This document shows, one piece after another, positions 25,873 to 36,900 of a stretch of DNA of 64,000 nt. The DNA is taken from assembly GCF_058153355.1 (NCBI RefSeq), contig NZ_CM177019.1; one strand, written 5' to 3'. The notes below the pieces were generated by a model, which saw nothing but the letters and a program-made list of their open reading frames with translations, made no database searches and was not told the DNA's origin. The first letter of the stretch is position 1; each line of letters starts with the position of its first letter. Made by a program: the position numbers and the translations under genes.

Positions 25873-28800
25873 TTAGAACGTTTTCTTGAAGTTCAGCATC
25901 ACGCCTTTATCGCTGATACCATCCTCTTTCCAGTGGTAAGCATCCAGATTCAGCGAACTTTCTTTGCTGCTGTACTTCACGCCGACGCTTGCCAGACTGT
26001 TGATGCCGCCGCCCTTTTGCCCATCATCGACATTAAAGTGCTGGCTGCCTGCGCCTGCCAGGCTTGCCGTGCGCTGGCTCTTCGTGTAGCTCAGGTTCGG
26101 GCCGCCTTCCAGCGTGGCGTTCGCGCTCCAGCCGTCTTTGCCTGCGTAGTCCAGCTTCAGCCCGACGATACTGTCCACCGCCGTTTCGCTGCCGCTGTTC
26201 ATGCTCAGGTTAAAGTCTCCGGCATTACGCTCCTGATAACCGCCTTCCAGCGTGTGACGCAGTTTCACACCCGCATATGGCGTGATTTTCAGCCCTTCGC
26301 GCGGTTCAAAGGTTTTCGCCCCTTCGCTGCGGAACTCCAGGTACTGCTGTTTCACGTTGGTATCCGCCGTTTTGCTAACGTCGCCGTAAGCCACCGAACG
26401 GCTGCTGTCCAGTTGGTGAATATCGTAACGCAGCGCGTTATTCCAGCTCATACCGTTGTCAAAGGACATCTGATGCTTCAGGCCAAAGAACTGGCTGTAG
26501 CCGCCTGTAACACCATTATCACCCGCTTTCTGCGCACCATCGCCGTCCAGACGGGCGATACCGTACTCCAGGCTCATGGTCTGGTTTTCGCTCAGGTCGA
26601 GGGTTTTGCGCAGCGCCAGCATGTCGTACTCGGTATTATTCCCCAGCTCTGCACGCGGATCGCCTTTCGCCACCACGTTAAATGCCAGACCGTTGCCCAT
26701 CTTCGGTGCTGCGTCCGCCAACATGCTGAAGCGGTTACTCAACACGCGGGCCTCACGAAATACCGTGGTAGCCTGGCTCCCGCTGACTTGTTTCAGCGCG
26801 CTGTTCAGCTCTGCAGTGGTGCCAACGTTCAGACTGGTATACAGCTCGTTGTTGGTGTAACCCGCATCCAGCGCTTTTGCCACGTCATTCACTGAGGCAT
26901 CCGTCGCCACATCGGTGTAGGCGTTTTTGCTCATGGTCACGTCAACGTTGCCGCTGGCGTCGGTACTGCCTGTCGCCTGCCAGACAACAGATGTCGAAGT
27001 GATCGCTTGCGCATCAGTCAGGTTGCTGCCTTGCACCACATCATCAAAGCTGACGGTTTTGTCCGCCGTTCCCGCCGCAAAATCGGTGTTGATCTCCACG
27101 CCGTTCATACTGGCGTTATTGAGCATCAGCTTACCGGCGCTACCGTCGGCGTTCGTCCCCACCACGTAACCATTGAGGTTGTTCATGCCATCGTTGCGGC
27201 TAACGGAAGAAGAATGGGTGCCGTCGTATGGCGTAATGGTGGGTTCTTCCGGCGCGGTAAAGTCGACATAGTGCACTTCCGTACCGTCTCCGCCTTCGCC
27301 ACTACCCTCCATCGCCGTGCCAGATTGTTTAATTAATCCGGAACCATTCACGCTGTCGTCAATATAAACAGTGCCGTTGTTAACAATATGACCATTGCTC
27401 CCGAGCTTGCTGAAAGCCCAGGAGTTATTGGCGTAGATATTAATCGTACCGTTGTTTTCAACCACACCATCCGCTTTCGCGTCCGATGCTAATTGCATTC
27501 CAACCATACCTGTATGCGAAGTGCCTTCGCTACCAATATTGATAGTGCCATTGTTGACCATTTTTGCGCTGCCGTGCGCATTCATGGCGATGGTATTATT
27601 TTTATCAATATTGATAGTGCCATCGTTAATTGCCCGGCTACCGGCGTTATTATTTGGCGTCGTAACCTGGCCGTTAATCACACCTGTCGTACCGTTATAC
27701 AACGTATGCCCATTACCGCTGGTAGCGATATCAGCATCACCATTCACTGTACCCCAGTTGTTGAAATGCCCAGCCCAAAGTCCGTTATCAAGAAGATCGA
27801 CAACACCACCGACCAGGTTATTAAAGGTCGCGTTTTTATCAACCGAACCACTGTGAACCGTTCCTGCGTTATTGAAAGTGGCTGCGGCAGAAAAATTCAC
27901 TTTATTGACCGTTCCATCCGCTTCGTTATTCATCACGGCAGAAGCTGAGGCCCCTTTCCAGGCTGTTACCGTCCCGGCGTTATAAAACGTACTGGCCCAT
28001 TGTTCAACAGTGTTCATGGTGCCGGAATTGTTGATAACAGAACCCGCAACGGTTGTACCTACCAACCCGGTCACCGTACCTTCGTTAGTGAACACGCCGC
28101 CATCCACAGAAACGGTTTTTGTCGTGCCCTTATTGGTGTATTCCCCACCGGTTGCGATATCAACCTCATTAATACTGCCCGTGGTTTCATTGACCAAACG
28201 GCCAAAGTCAGCCACGGTGACAGGCCCCCCGGTAACCGTACCCGCGTTGGTTACCAGGGTTTCGGCGGTTGCCGTGATATCAGTCGTACCGCCATATGAA
28301 GACAGGTTAAGCGTTTCCCCGTCAGCCGAAATAATGTCACCATTTCTCCAGCTTAATGAAACAAACCCGTCAGTCGGGTTATAGGCGTTATTGTCCTGGC
28401 ATTTCCCAAAAGTACAGATGGTTCCGTAATTAACAATAGTCCCGCTGCCATCGTTATAGAACGCCTGCCCGTTTTCGGCATTGATATTGATGATGCCAGT
28501 CTGATCATTAATCGCAGTGGCACCATTGTAAACAGCCATGCCGACCAATTTATTTGGCCCCAGCGTATCATCATCATTTTCATTTACTTCCAGATTTATA
28601 GTTCCCTGGTTAATAATAATGTTACCTGGCTTCATCGCGGCCATACCGGCACCGGAATTATAGAGTGTTATTTCACCACCCTGCTGGTTAATGGCGGTAG
28701 AATTAACGCTGGCACCAGAACTGTCTGTACCCACAGCCATCCCGACAGCATAATCTTTGGCGCTGTCATGAGCGATATTGGACGCCAGACTGGAAGTATC

Positions 28801-31371
28801 GTTTTCATCAACCCATAATGCGTCAATGAAAATCTTACCCATATTGTCAATGGTTGAATTATTGGAGGCCAGCATGCCAACACTCCCCCGGCCGTACATT
28901 TGGATCTCACCGGCAGTATTATTTGAAGCGGTGCCATTGTTGCCTGCCGTCATCCCCGTCAGACTAATGACTTGATTATTAAAAATTAAAGGGTCACTCA
29001 AACCTTGAGCGTTCAGACTATTGAAAATACGTCCCTGCGCGAGTACCTTACTGGTGATGGCACTGTTATTAACAACTCGACCACCATAGACGCTCAAATA
29101 CGCAGAACTAGCAGAGTCTGATGTATTCCCCTCTACGCCGTAGATAGAAATCGTTACGTTGTTATTATTTACAGCTAGCGACTCTTCACCAGTAGCCCTG
29201 GCAAAGCCAATATTACCCAGTTCTACATCACCATTATTTATCATCTGCGAACCGGAATTCACCAGTACAACCTGTGATGTGTCACTATTATAATGATCAA
29301 ATGTATTTATATCTTTTAGGATAAAAGTGGCGTTGCGGCCAAGTTCTAAATGGGCTCGGTTATTCAGTTGAATGATATCGCCTAATCCAAGCGGAAAAAC
29401 ACCACTGATTGTTGAATCCCCATTTAGATACAGAGTAGAGTGCCCATCGATTTTGATAACAGGCGTATCGCCATAACCATTACGTTTTAAAGCAGGTGTG
29501 GAGCCATCCTGTAGAGTATTTTCTTCGCCAGCTAAATGGATACCACCATTAATTTCGACGGTATTACCGTCACCCGACACAACCAGACCATTAATATTTT
29601 CCTGGCTGCCATCCATTTCATTATAGATACGAGAAGTGACTTCACTGTCAGCAACAACGGTAAGATTGCCATTTAATACGATATTATTGTCGTGTCCCTG
29701 CACCTGAATGCCAACAGAAGGGGTAAAAAAGTCATTTATTGAATGCTCTCCGGCCTGATTTTTATCCACCAGAATATTACCGGTAATTTCAACTTCATTG
29801 CCATCACCGGCTACATTTACCCCTGTCGCAACACTGCCGGTCACATTAAGCTCATTTGTCGCCAGCGTCATGGCGTTATTATTTCCAGAGACATCCAGAC
29901 CGGTTGAATAATCCCCTACATCCACACGGCCAGCCAGAGAAATCAGACCATCATCTCCGATGATGCGAATCCCGGTACTGAAATTATCAGCAATGATGTC
30001 CCCCACATTGATAAGGGTAGAATGATTACCCTCAATCAGAATCCCTGTCGCATTGGCCTCTGAACTACCATTACTGACGGAAATATCCCCCCTGTTAATG
30101 AACGTCGACGCATCACCACTGAGAGAAACACCCTGCGAATTTTCATCCACGACCGTTATATTTCCTTTGTTGCTGACGATCGCGCCATTACCCTCAACAT
30201 CAATACCCCGTGCAGCATTGCTAACGTATAAATCCCCTTCCTGTATAACCGTCGCATTATTACCAACGATTTTGCTGCCCGTTGAATTTTGCCCATCAAC
30301 CGTCATATGTCCTTTATTATCGGTCCTGACATCATTACCGCTAATAACGGCCCCTATTCCGCCGTTATTGACAGTGGAGTCGCCAGTGTTATTTAAGATT
30401 GTACGATCGCCATTGACGATAACCGCCGTGCCAGCATCGACCACCGTCTGACCGTTATTATTGATGGTTATATTATCGCCGGTCAGGATACCGACCACCG
30501 AACCTTCACCGACAGCCTCTGTTTTACCCTCGTTTGTCAGCGCAATGTTGTTACCATTAATCATCATCACCGTGCCGCCATTCAGGGCCGTGTTACCGCC
30601 CTGGTCAGTGATAATCGCATCATTAACGGTAATTATTCTGCCCGTTGTTCCATCAGACACGACACTGGCTAACTGTGTGACGTGGAGTTTACCTTCGTCA
30701 TCGTAGCGCCATTCCATATCACCTGTGGTACTCACACCACTAAACATGGCGGTATGAGTCTCTTCATGGTTTTCCCACTCAGTCACAATGGTTTTTCGGC
30801 CATCTTTTGCCGTCAGCGTGTAGCTACCATCTTCATTTTGGGTATAAGTGAACGTCGCCCCGCGAATCTTCAGGGTTTGCGCGTCCTCGTCCCATGTCAC
30901 ATTGTTATCAAAGACAACGGGTTCTGTTCTCGGGGGGTCAACATCATCACCGCTATTGTCGGGTGGAGTAACATTACCGCCGTTATCTGGCTTTACAGGT
31001 ATACCTGAATCTTCATCACTGGGAACGGGTAGCGGTAGAGGGCCATTATCATCTGGCGGTATGGGCTGGGGAAAAGAAGAGTGAGCAGAATGATCATTGT
31101 CATGAGACAATTCAATCACTGCGAGTGTTGCCAGTACCGCCGTGGCACCTAATGCCAGTAACGAGCTGAAACCATTATTTGTAACAACAGCACATTTTTC
31201 TGGCACTGTTTTCAACTTCGTTGACGGTCGGGCGTGCCCTTCTGACTGACATGTCATTTGAGAGCTTCTGCGCATACTGTCTGCACTCTCGCCTTCTGTT
31301 ATTTCCGCCCCCCAGCTTTGGCCACTTAACGCTATAGCGATACACGCTGATAATAACGTTTTCTTTTGCAT
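25873..31371 (-). CDS. ydbA: autotransporter adhesin YdbA, intact (signal peptide, long repetitive passenger, C-terminal beta-barrel)
   Basis: single 1832-aa ORF; N-terminal signal peptide; Gly/Asn/Thr-rich repeats; C-terminus ends in aromatic residue (...MLNFKKTF) typical of autotransporter barrels. Confidence 0.85.
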   Translation of the reverse strand: MQKKTLLSACIAIALSGQSWGAEITEGESADSMRRSSQMTCQSEGHARPSTKLKTVPEKCAVVTNNGFSSLLALGATAVLATLAVIELSHDNDHSAHSSFPQPIPPDDNGPLPLPVPSDEDSGIPVKPDNGGNVTPPDNSGDDVDPPRTEPVVFDNNVTWDEDAQTLKIRGATFTYTQNEDGSYTLTAKDGRKTIVTEWENHEETHTAMFSGVSTTGDMEWRYDDEGKLHVTQLASVVSDGTTGRIITVNDAIITDQGGNTALNGGTVMMINGNNIALTNEGKTEAVGEGSVVGILTGDNITINNNGQTVVDAGTAVIVNGDRTILNNTGDSTVNNGGIGAVISGNDVRTDNKGHMTVDGQNSTGSKIVGNNATVIQEGDLYVSNAARGIDVEGNGAIVSNKGNITVVDENSQGVSLSGDASTFINRGDISVSNGSSEANATGILIEGNHSTLINVGDIIADNFSTGIRIIGDDGLISLAGRVDVGDYSTGLDVSGNNNAMTLATNELNVTGSVATGVNVAGDGNEVEITGNILVDKNQAGEHSINDFFTPSVGIQVQGHDNNIVLNGNLTVVADSEVTSRIYNEMDGSQENINGLVVSGDGNTVEINGGIHLAGEENTLQDGSTPALKRNGYGDTPVIKIDGHSTLYLNGDSTISGVFPLGLGDIIQLNNRAHLELGRNATFILKDINTFDHYNSDTSQVVLVNSGSQMINNGDVELGNIGFARATGEESLAVNNNNVTISIYGVEGNTSDSASSAYLSVYGGRVVNNSAITSKVLAQGRIFNSLNAQGLSDPLIFNNQVISLTGMTAGNNGTASNNTAGEIQMYGRGSVGMLASNNSTIDNMGKIFIDALWVDENDTSSLASNIAHDSAKDYAVGMAVGTDSSGASVNSTAINQQGGEITLYNSGAGMAAMKPGNIIINQGTINLEVNENDDDTLGPNKLVGMAVYNGATAINDQTGIININAENGQAFYNDGSGTIVNYGTICTFGKCQDNNAYNPTDGFVSLSWRNGDIISADGETLNLSSYGGTTDITATAETLVTNAGTVTGGPVTVADFGRLVNETTGSINEVDIATGGEYTNKGTTKTVSVDGGVFTNEGTVTGLVGTTVAGSVINNSGTMNTVEQWASTFYNAGTVTAWKGASASAVMNNEADGTVNKVNFSAAATFNNAGTVHSGSVDKNATFNNLVGGVVDLLDNGLWAGHFNNWGTVNGDADIATSGNGHTLYNGTTGVINGQVTTPNNNAGSRAINDGTINIDKNNTIAMNAHGSAKMVNNGTINIGSEGTSHTGMVGMQLASDAKADGVVENNGTINIYANNSWAFSKLGSNGHIVNNGTVYIDDSVNGSGLIKQSGTAMEGSGEGGDGTEVHYVDFTAPEEPTITPYDGTHSSSVSRNDGMNNLNGYVVGTNADGSAGKLMLNNASMNGVEINTDFAAGTADKTVSFDDVVQGSNLTDAQAITSTSVVWQATGSTDASGNVDVTMSKNAYTDVATDASVNDVAKALDAGYTNNELYTSLNVGTTAELNSALKQVSGSQATTVFREARVLSNRFSMLADAAPKMGNGLAFNVVAKGDPRAELGNNTEYDMLALRKTLDLSENQTMSLEYGIARLDGDGAQKAGDNGVTGGYSQFFGLKHQMSFDNGMSWNNALRYDIHQLDSSRSVAYGDVSKTADTNVKQQYLEFRSEGAKTFEPREGLKITPYAGVKLRHTLEGGYQERNAGDFNLSMNSGSETAVDSIVGLKLDYAGKDGWSANATLEGGPNLSYTKSQRTASLAGAGSQHFNVDDGQKGGGINSLASVGVKYSSKESSLNLDAYHWKEDGISDKGVMLNFKKTF

Positions 31372-32017
31372 GAGAAATCCTTTTCAATGAATGACATTTC
31401 AAATAATAAAATATGAGTAATAGATAAGAAATAGCCACAGGCTGTGTCATGATTTAATGCCTGCTCTTGAAATTTTATTTAGCAATCCCAGAACATTCAA
31501 CTTAATTAGTATTTCGAAACCTCAATGTAGACACATAAAAAACAAATTATTCGATTACTTAGGCTATTTGTTGCATTAATACACATCCTCTAACAATAAT
31601 CAGACAAAAAGCAATGTCAGCGTCAAATTGGGTAGCTGATTCATATTACTGACCACTCCGGAAATTCATTCATCGTGAAAATATTAACATTTCAACCATG
31701 TTCCATTTAATCAACCCACTGAAAATCTGGAGGTTATCTACTGCGGTTTGTTGTTGACTGCCCCTGACAGGTTTACCAGGCGTTGACAGAAGATGAGGCT
31801 TGCAAGATGCTAAAAACAATGTGGTGTTACAAGCAATCCCATAAACCTCGTAACTTCACTTAAATGAGCGATGCCGTCCATATTTGGGTTGACTATAAAA
31901 ACCCTTAATATTGAGGTTGATGATGATATTCATGATGGCATTGGAAAAATAGGACACCCATAAAATATCTATACAGCCTTTAAATTAAATCATTGAAATA
32001 TCGCTGTTGCATAGTGC

Positions 32018-32344
32018 TTATTTTTGCAACCATTTCCCGTTAATTCCCTGCACATATTCCCCCGGTTTGGCCCGAGCTACAAGCTTTTGTCCGGCAAGCT
32101 TCGCGATATCATCTACCGATACATTATTTTGCTTTGCCAGTTGTTGATAACTCACTTTACGTGCGGCATTAATCTCGGTTACTAATTTCTCTGTTTCAGC
32201 ATCCGTTTTCAACGCAACCAAATAACCGTTAAATGTTTCACCTACCCGCCCCTGAATTCTGGCCTCGTCCAGTGTTAATGCCACTACATTGCTGCTTACC
32301 AGTCCAACAAGAAACGCACAAAGAAGTAATGTTTTCTTCATCAT
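32018..32344 (-). CDS. ydbL: YdbL (DUF1318 periplasmic protein)
   Basis: ORF to 32422; 108-aa product from MMKKTLLLCAFLVGL (signal peptide); last gene of ydbH-ynbE-ydbL. Confidence 0.85.
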   Translation of the reverse strand: MMKKTLLLCAFLVGLVSSNVVALTLDEARIQGRVGETFNGYLVALKTDAETEKLVTEINAARKVSYQQLAKQNNVSVDDIAKLAGQKLVARAKPGEYVQGINGKWLQK

Positions 32345-32348
32345 CCCC

Positions 32349-32534
32349 TCAGAAAAGATCGCTACGGGTTTTGAGTAAATCCTCGACATCTTTGTCTGCC
32401 TTAATGATGATCTCATGCTCAATTTTAACGTTCATATTGATAGTGATCGGTTCCTTAGGTGCAGCGACTTCAATGCGAGGCGTACAGCCAACCAGCATAA
32501 AAGATGACGTCAACGCAGCCAGTAAAATTTTCAT
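32349..32534 (-). CDS. ynbE: lipoprotein YnbE
   Basis: 61-aa ORF MKILLAALTSSFMLVGC... with lipobox; start overlaps ydbH stop by 4 nt. Confidence 0.85.
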   Translation of the reverse strand: MKILLAALTSSFMLVGCTPRIEVAAPKEPITINMNVKIEHEIIIKADKDVEDLLKTRSDLF

Positions 32535-35170
32535 TGTTTTTCCTCACACCCTTTTCCTTGCGGACAGCCATTTTCCGGCAGACGCGCGTTCTGCTCCAAC
32601 CATGCCTGGAGATTATCGCCAAAGCGTAAACTGCGCCACAGGGTAAAAATATTCTCTTCATGATGGTAATTAAGGTTTACCGTACCACTTTTACCGTCGA
32701 CGCGACTGGTACCTGTAATATTGGCCTGCATGGTTAACACACCGAGATTATCTAAATTAATTTTTGTCGATGAACGGTTAATTTCCATATAGCGCAACCA
32801 GTTAATTGCAGAACCCGCGGTCATATTGTCTTTCACCACCGCATCTGCGGTGTCTTTATCCAGCCGCAAGGTCATTGGTCCGCTATTTGCCAGCCAGCCG
32901 TCTTTAACTATCCATTTTTCATTGTTCAGCCATAAAGGCAATGCCCCACTAAATGCCCCGGACATGGCGAATTGTTTCGGATTGACGGCGCTAACCAGTT
33001 CGCTGGATGAGAGATTATTCAGCCGCAACAGCGCCGGGTCATGTTGCGGCATGCGTAATTGTTTCATCAGCACGTTACCGCCTAACACATCGACGCTAAC
33101 ATCGGTCAACAACAATGGTTCGTCTTCACTCCACGGATAACGCCCTTGCAAATCAGCCGTAATATTTTTCGCTGTCACCAGATTAATCACTTCGGCAATT
33201 CGCAACGTAACGGGGCCGCGAGTCCCCAGATGCCAGGCTCCATCGGCAAAACGGAAAGGCAGGACAAAATCGACACCGTTAACCTGATTATCTGGCATCC
33301 AGGCACTACCGCCTTTCAACACACCGTGCCCTCCCGCGCGGAATCCTTGTTCAGGCGCAGCAGAAAATGCGACCTGGGCATACAGTTCGCCATCGCGTAA
33401 GTTCATCTTCCAGTCGGGTGGCACCAGCGGCTGGAATACGGTCAGTGATTGTTTAGGCCACCAGGCGTTACCGCGCAGACGAATACCGTCCCAGCGACCA
33501 TTTACCCGAACCGGGCCAATCTCACCAGCATGTAAATCGCCTTTAAAGAGGAAATACGTCGGATCGCGTCCATCGACGCTAAATTTTAAGGTTGATGGCG
33601 GTAACACACTGCCGCCAGTGAACAGCGTTTGCCCGGCGTCCAGTGACAGCGCGCCGCTAAAGGAGGGATGCTGTGCGTCACGTACCCAGACGACGGGCTT
33701 GTCGAGAATTAATCGCGGCTTTTCTACCGTCATCGTACCGTATTGTAACTGGTCGAAACCGGTTGAGAGATCGGTCAGCGTAATCGTGCTGTCATGCCAC
33801 TCACCTTTTCCTGCGACATCCCAGGTGGCATTCATCGGTGTAAAACTCCCTTTTCCCCAGTAGCGCCACTGCCAGCGGCCAGCGTCAGGGAGAAAATCAT
33901 TCGCCAGCCCATCCATATGCAGTACGAAATCGCCCAGTTCATTTTCATGCGCCTGCAAAATGGCCTGCAAACGTCCGTCAACACCACGTTGGGTGACTTT
34001 TACACCCGCTAAAGGCCAGCGGATTTCATCAATATCCAGCGAATCGATGACTCTTCCCTTCGAACGTAATAACGCGCCTGGCTCAAAGGCCAGCGTTGGG
34101 TCAGTCAGACTTCCGCTTAGCTGCGCAGGTAAACGGGCATATAAAATGAGGTCCGCCTGTTTCGCTTCACCGGTCAGCTGCAAAGGCAGCTGGCTGTTAT
34201 CCATACTTAATTTTCCTGGGCCAAAATTAAGCACCGCGTTGCCCTTACCCGCTTGCCCCTGGGTCAGCACACTCAGTCGTCCGCTGACCAGAGCGTTCTC
34301 AAGCCCTGCCTGCCAGTTGTCGACTTTGACACCCAGTCGTCCACTCAAAGGAAAACCTGCATACGGCCAGCTCCAGCGACCATCGCTTACGGTCAATTGT
34401 TGGCGAGTAATTTGCCACGGCAGATCGAGCAACGGATCGCCGTTATCCCGTGCCAGCACAATCAATTGCCCGCTATTTTCCTGCCAGTCCAGCTCGGCAT
34501 CCACCAGTGAAGGCTCCTGCGGCAAGTTTAACGTCGCAGTAGCATGACCCCTTACAGGAAGTCCATCCGGCACTAGCGGCATAGTAAATTCCCCCACCAG
34601 TTTAACCGGCGGCTGATTTTCAAACGCAGCGACATCCAGTTCGCTGACTGTAAGTTGTTGCCCTTTCAGCTGGCCTTGAAATTTAACTTTTTCGCCCTGA
34701 TAACGCAGTTGCTGGATATCGGAGTTTAATGCGAGAGAGAGTTTTCCCTGCCATTCCTGCCAGGGAGAAAAAATCAGTTTATCGATATTGATCCAGGTGT
34801 TAGGCAACATGGCCTGCCACTGCGCGAGGGTTTTTGGAGCGGCTGGCGATTGCTCCGTCTGCGGCAATTTCGCCAGACAAGCAGAATCAAGTTCTACCGT
34901 GCCGACGTTCAATAACCAGCGGCTGGGATGAGAAAGGCTGGCGTTGGTGATATGTGCAAGCTGACAATCTCCTACCAGATAACGGAGATCGGGAATGATT
35001 AAACCTTTACGCGTAATGCGTGGGCTTTCATCTAAAGCAATACGTGTGCCGAGCGGTAGCCAGATGCCCGCCAGCGTGGGAACCCACAAGCCGAGCGTCA
35101 TCAGCAGCGTCAACGGCACAAGAATAATCAGTAATAACAGCGCGAGAACGGCTTTATATTTACCCAGCAT
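32531..35170 (-). CDS. ydbH: YdbH, AsmA-like large envelope protein
   Basis: 879-aa ORF with N-terminal membrane anchor MLGKYKAVLALLLLIILVPLTLLM...; matches YdbH. Confidence 0.9.
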   Translation of the reverse strand: MLGKYKAVLALLLLIILVPLTLLMTLGLWVPTLAGIWLPLGTRIALDESPRITRKGLIIPDLRYLVGDCQLAHITNASLSHPSRWLLNVGTVELDSACLAKLPQTEQSPAAPKTLAQWQAMLPNTWINIDKLIFSPWQEWQGKLSLALNSDIQQLRYQGEKVKFQGQLKGQQLTVSELDVAAFENQPPVKLVGEFTMPLVPDGLPVRGHATATLNLPQEPSLVDAELDWQENSGQLIVLARDNGDPLLDLPWQITRQQLTVSDGRWSWPYAGFPLSGRLGVKVDNWQAGLENALVSGRLSVLTQGQAGKGNAVLNFGPGKLSMDNSQLPLQLTGEAKQADLILYARLPAQLSGSLTDPTLAFEPGALLRSKGRVIDSLDIDEIRWPLAGVKVTQRGVDGRLQAILQAHENELGDFVLHMDGLANDFLPDAGRWQWRYWGKGSFTPMNATWDVAGKGEWHDSTITLTDLSTGFDQLQYGTMTVEKPRLILDKPVVWVRDAQHPSFSGALSLDAGQTLFTGGSVLPPSTLKFSVDGRDPTYFLFKGDLHAGEIGPVRVNGRWDGIRLRGNAWWPKQSLTVFQPLVPPDWKMNLRDGELYAQVAFSAAPEQGFRAGGHGVLKGGSAWMPDNQVNGVDFVLPFRFADGAWHLGTRGPVTLRIAEVINLVTAKNITADLQGRYPWSEDEPLLLTDVSVDVLGGNVLMKQLRMPQHDPALLRLNNLSSSELVSAVNPKQFAMSGAFSGALPLWLNNEKWIVKDGWLANSGPMTLRLDKDTADAVVKDNMTAGSAINWLRYMEINRSSTKINLDNLGVLTMQANITGTSRVDGKSGTVNLNYHHEENIFTLWRSLRFGDNLQAWLEQNARLPENGCPQGKGCEEKQ

Positions 35171-35377
35171 GGGTAGTTAATATCCTGATTTAGCGAAAAA
35201 TTAAGCATTCAATACGGGTATTGTGGCATGTTTAACCGTTCAGTTTAAGGTTGCGCCTACACTAAGCATAGTTGTTGATGAATTTTTCAATATCGCCATA
35301 GCTTTCAATTATATTTGAAATTTTGTAAAATATTTTTAGTAGCTTAAATGTGATTCAACATCACTGGAGAAAGTCTT

Positions 35378-36367
35378 ATGAAACTCGCCGTTTATAGCAC
35401 AAAACAGTACGACAAGAAGTACCTGCAACAGGTGAACGAGTCCTTTGGCTTTGAGCTGGAATTTTTTGACTTTCTGCTGACGGAAAAAACCGCTAAAACG
35501 GCCAATGGCTGCGAAGCGGTATGTATTTTCGTAAACGATGACGGCAGCCGCCCGGTGCTGGAAGAACTGAAAAAGCACGGCGTTAAATATATCGCCCTGC
35601 GCTGTGCCGGTTTCAATAACGTCGACCTTGACGCAGCAAAAGAACTGGGGCTGAAAGTAGTCCGTGTTCCAGCCTATGATCCAGAAGCTGTTGCTGAACA
35701 CGCCATCGGTATGATGATGACGCTGAACCGCCGTATCCATCGCGCATATCAGCGTACGCGTGACGCCAACTTCTCTCTGGAAGGTCTGACCGGCTTTACC
35801 ATGTATGGCAAAACGGCAGGCGTTATCGGTACTGGTAAAATCGGTGTGGCGATGCTGCGCATTCTCAAAGGTTTTGGTATGCGTCTGCTGGCGTTCGATC
35901 CGTATCCAAGTGCGGCAGCGCTGGAACTCGGTGTGGAGTATGTCGATCTGCCAACCCTGTTCTCTGAATCAGACGTTATCTCTCTGCACTGCCCGCTGAC
36001 ACCGGAAAACTACCATCTGTTGAACGAAGCCGCCTTCGATCAGATGAAAAAAGGCGTGATGATCGTCAATACCAGTCGCGGTGCATTGATTGATTCTCAG
36101 GCGGCAATTGAAGCGCTGAAAAATCAGAAAATTGGTTCGTTGGGTATGGACGTGTATGAAAACGAACGCGATCTGTTCTTTGAAGATAAATCCAACGACG
36201 TAATCCAGGATGACGTATTCCGTCGTCTGTCTGCCTGCCACAACGTGCTGTTTACCGGGCACCAGGCATTCCTGACAGCAGAAGCTCTGACCAGTATTTC
36301 CCAAACTACCCTGCAAAACTTAAGCAATCTGGAAAAAGGCGAAACCTGCCCGAACGAACTGGTTTAA
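35378..36367 (+). CDS. ldhA: fermentative D-lactate dehydrogenase
   Basis: 329-aa ORF, D-isomer 2-hydroxyacid dehydrogenase family, GxGxxG NAD motif (GVIGTGKIG); matches LdhA. Confidence 0.95.
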   Translation: MKLAVYSTKQYDKKYLQQVNESFGFELEFFDFLLTEKTAKTANGCEAVCIFVNDDGSRPVLEELKKHGVKYIALRCAGFNNVDLDAAKELGLKVVRVPAYDPEAVAEHAIGMMMTLNRRIHRAYQRTRDANFSLEGLTGFTMYGKTAGVIGTGKIGVAMLRILKGFGMRLLAFDPYPSAAALELGVEYVDLPTLFSESDVISLHCPLTPENYHLLNEAAFDQMKKGVMIVNTSRGALIDSQAAIEALKNQKIGSLGMDVYENERDLFFEDKSNDVIQDDVFRRLSACHNVLFTGHQAFLTAEALTSISQTTLQNLSNLEKGETCPNELV

Positions 36368-36477
36368 TCTTGCCGCTCCCCTGTACGCCAGGGGAGCTTA
36401 TTCAGATAATCCCCAAAGACCTTTCATCCTCTATTCTTAAAATAGTCCTGAGTCAGAAACTGTAATTGAGAACCACA

Positions 36478-36900
36478 ATGAAGAAAGTAGCCGCGTTTGT
36501 TGCGCTAAGCCTGCTGATGGCGGGATGTGTAAGTAATGACAAAATTGCTGTAACCCCAGAACAGCTACAGCATCATCGCTTTGTGCTGGAAAGCGTAAAC
36601 GGTAAGCCCGTGACCAGCGATAAAAACCCGCCAGAAATCAGCTTTGGTGAAAAGATGATGATTTCCGGCAGCATGTGTAACCGCTTTAGCGGTGAAGGCA
36701 AACTGTCTAATGGTGAACTGACAGCCAAAGGGCTGGCAATGACCCGTATGATGTGCGCTAACCCGCAGCTTAATGAACTCGATAACACCATTAGCGAAAT
36801 GCTGAAAGAAGGTGCACAAGTGGATCTGACCGCGAACCAGTTAACGCTGGCGACCGCGAAACAGACATTAACTTATAAGCTGGCGGATTTAATGAATTAA
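36478..36900 (+). CDS. hslJ: heat-inducible lipoprotein HslJ
   Basis: ORF opens at 36466 (TTG) but ATG at 36478 gives MKKVAAFVALSLLMAGC lipoprotein signal; 140 aa. Confidence 0.9.
   Translation: MKKVAAFVALSLLMAGCVSNDKIAVTPEQLQHHRFVLESVNGKPVTSDKNPPEISFGEKMMISGSMCNRFSGEGKLSNGELTAKGLAMTRMMCANPQLNELDNTISEMLKEGAQVDLTANQLTLATAKQTLTYKLADLMN

Noticed and set aside
25933-31084. Many plus-strand ORFs of 60-320 aa inside ydbA (for example 25933..26895, 27493..27948, 30053..30451)
   Set aside because: They lie antisense or out of frame within the long, repetitive, compositionally biased ydbA coding sequence and are typical shadow ORFs.
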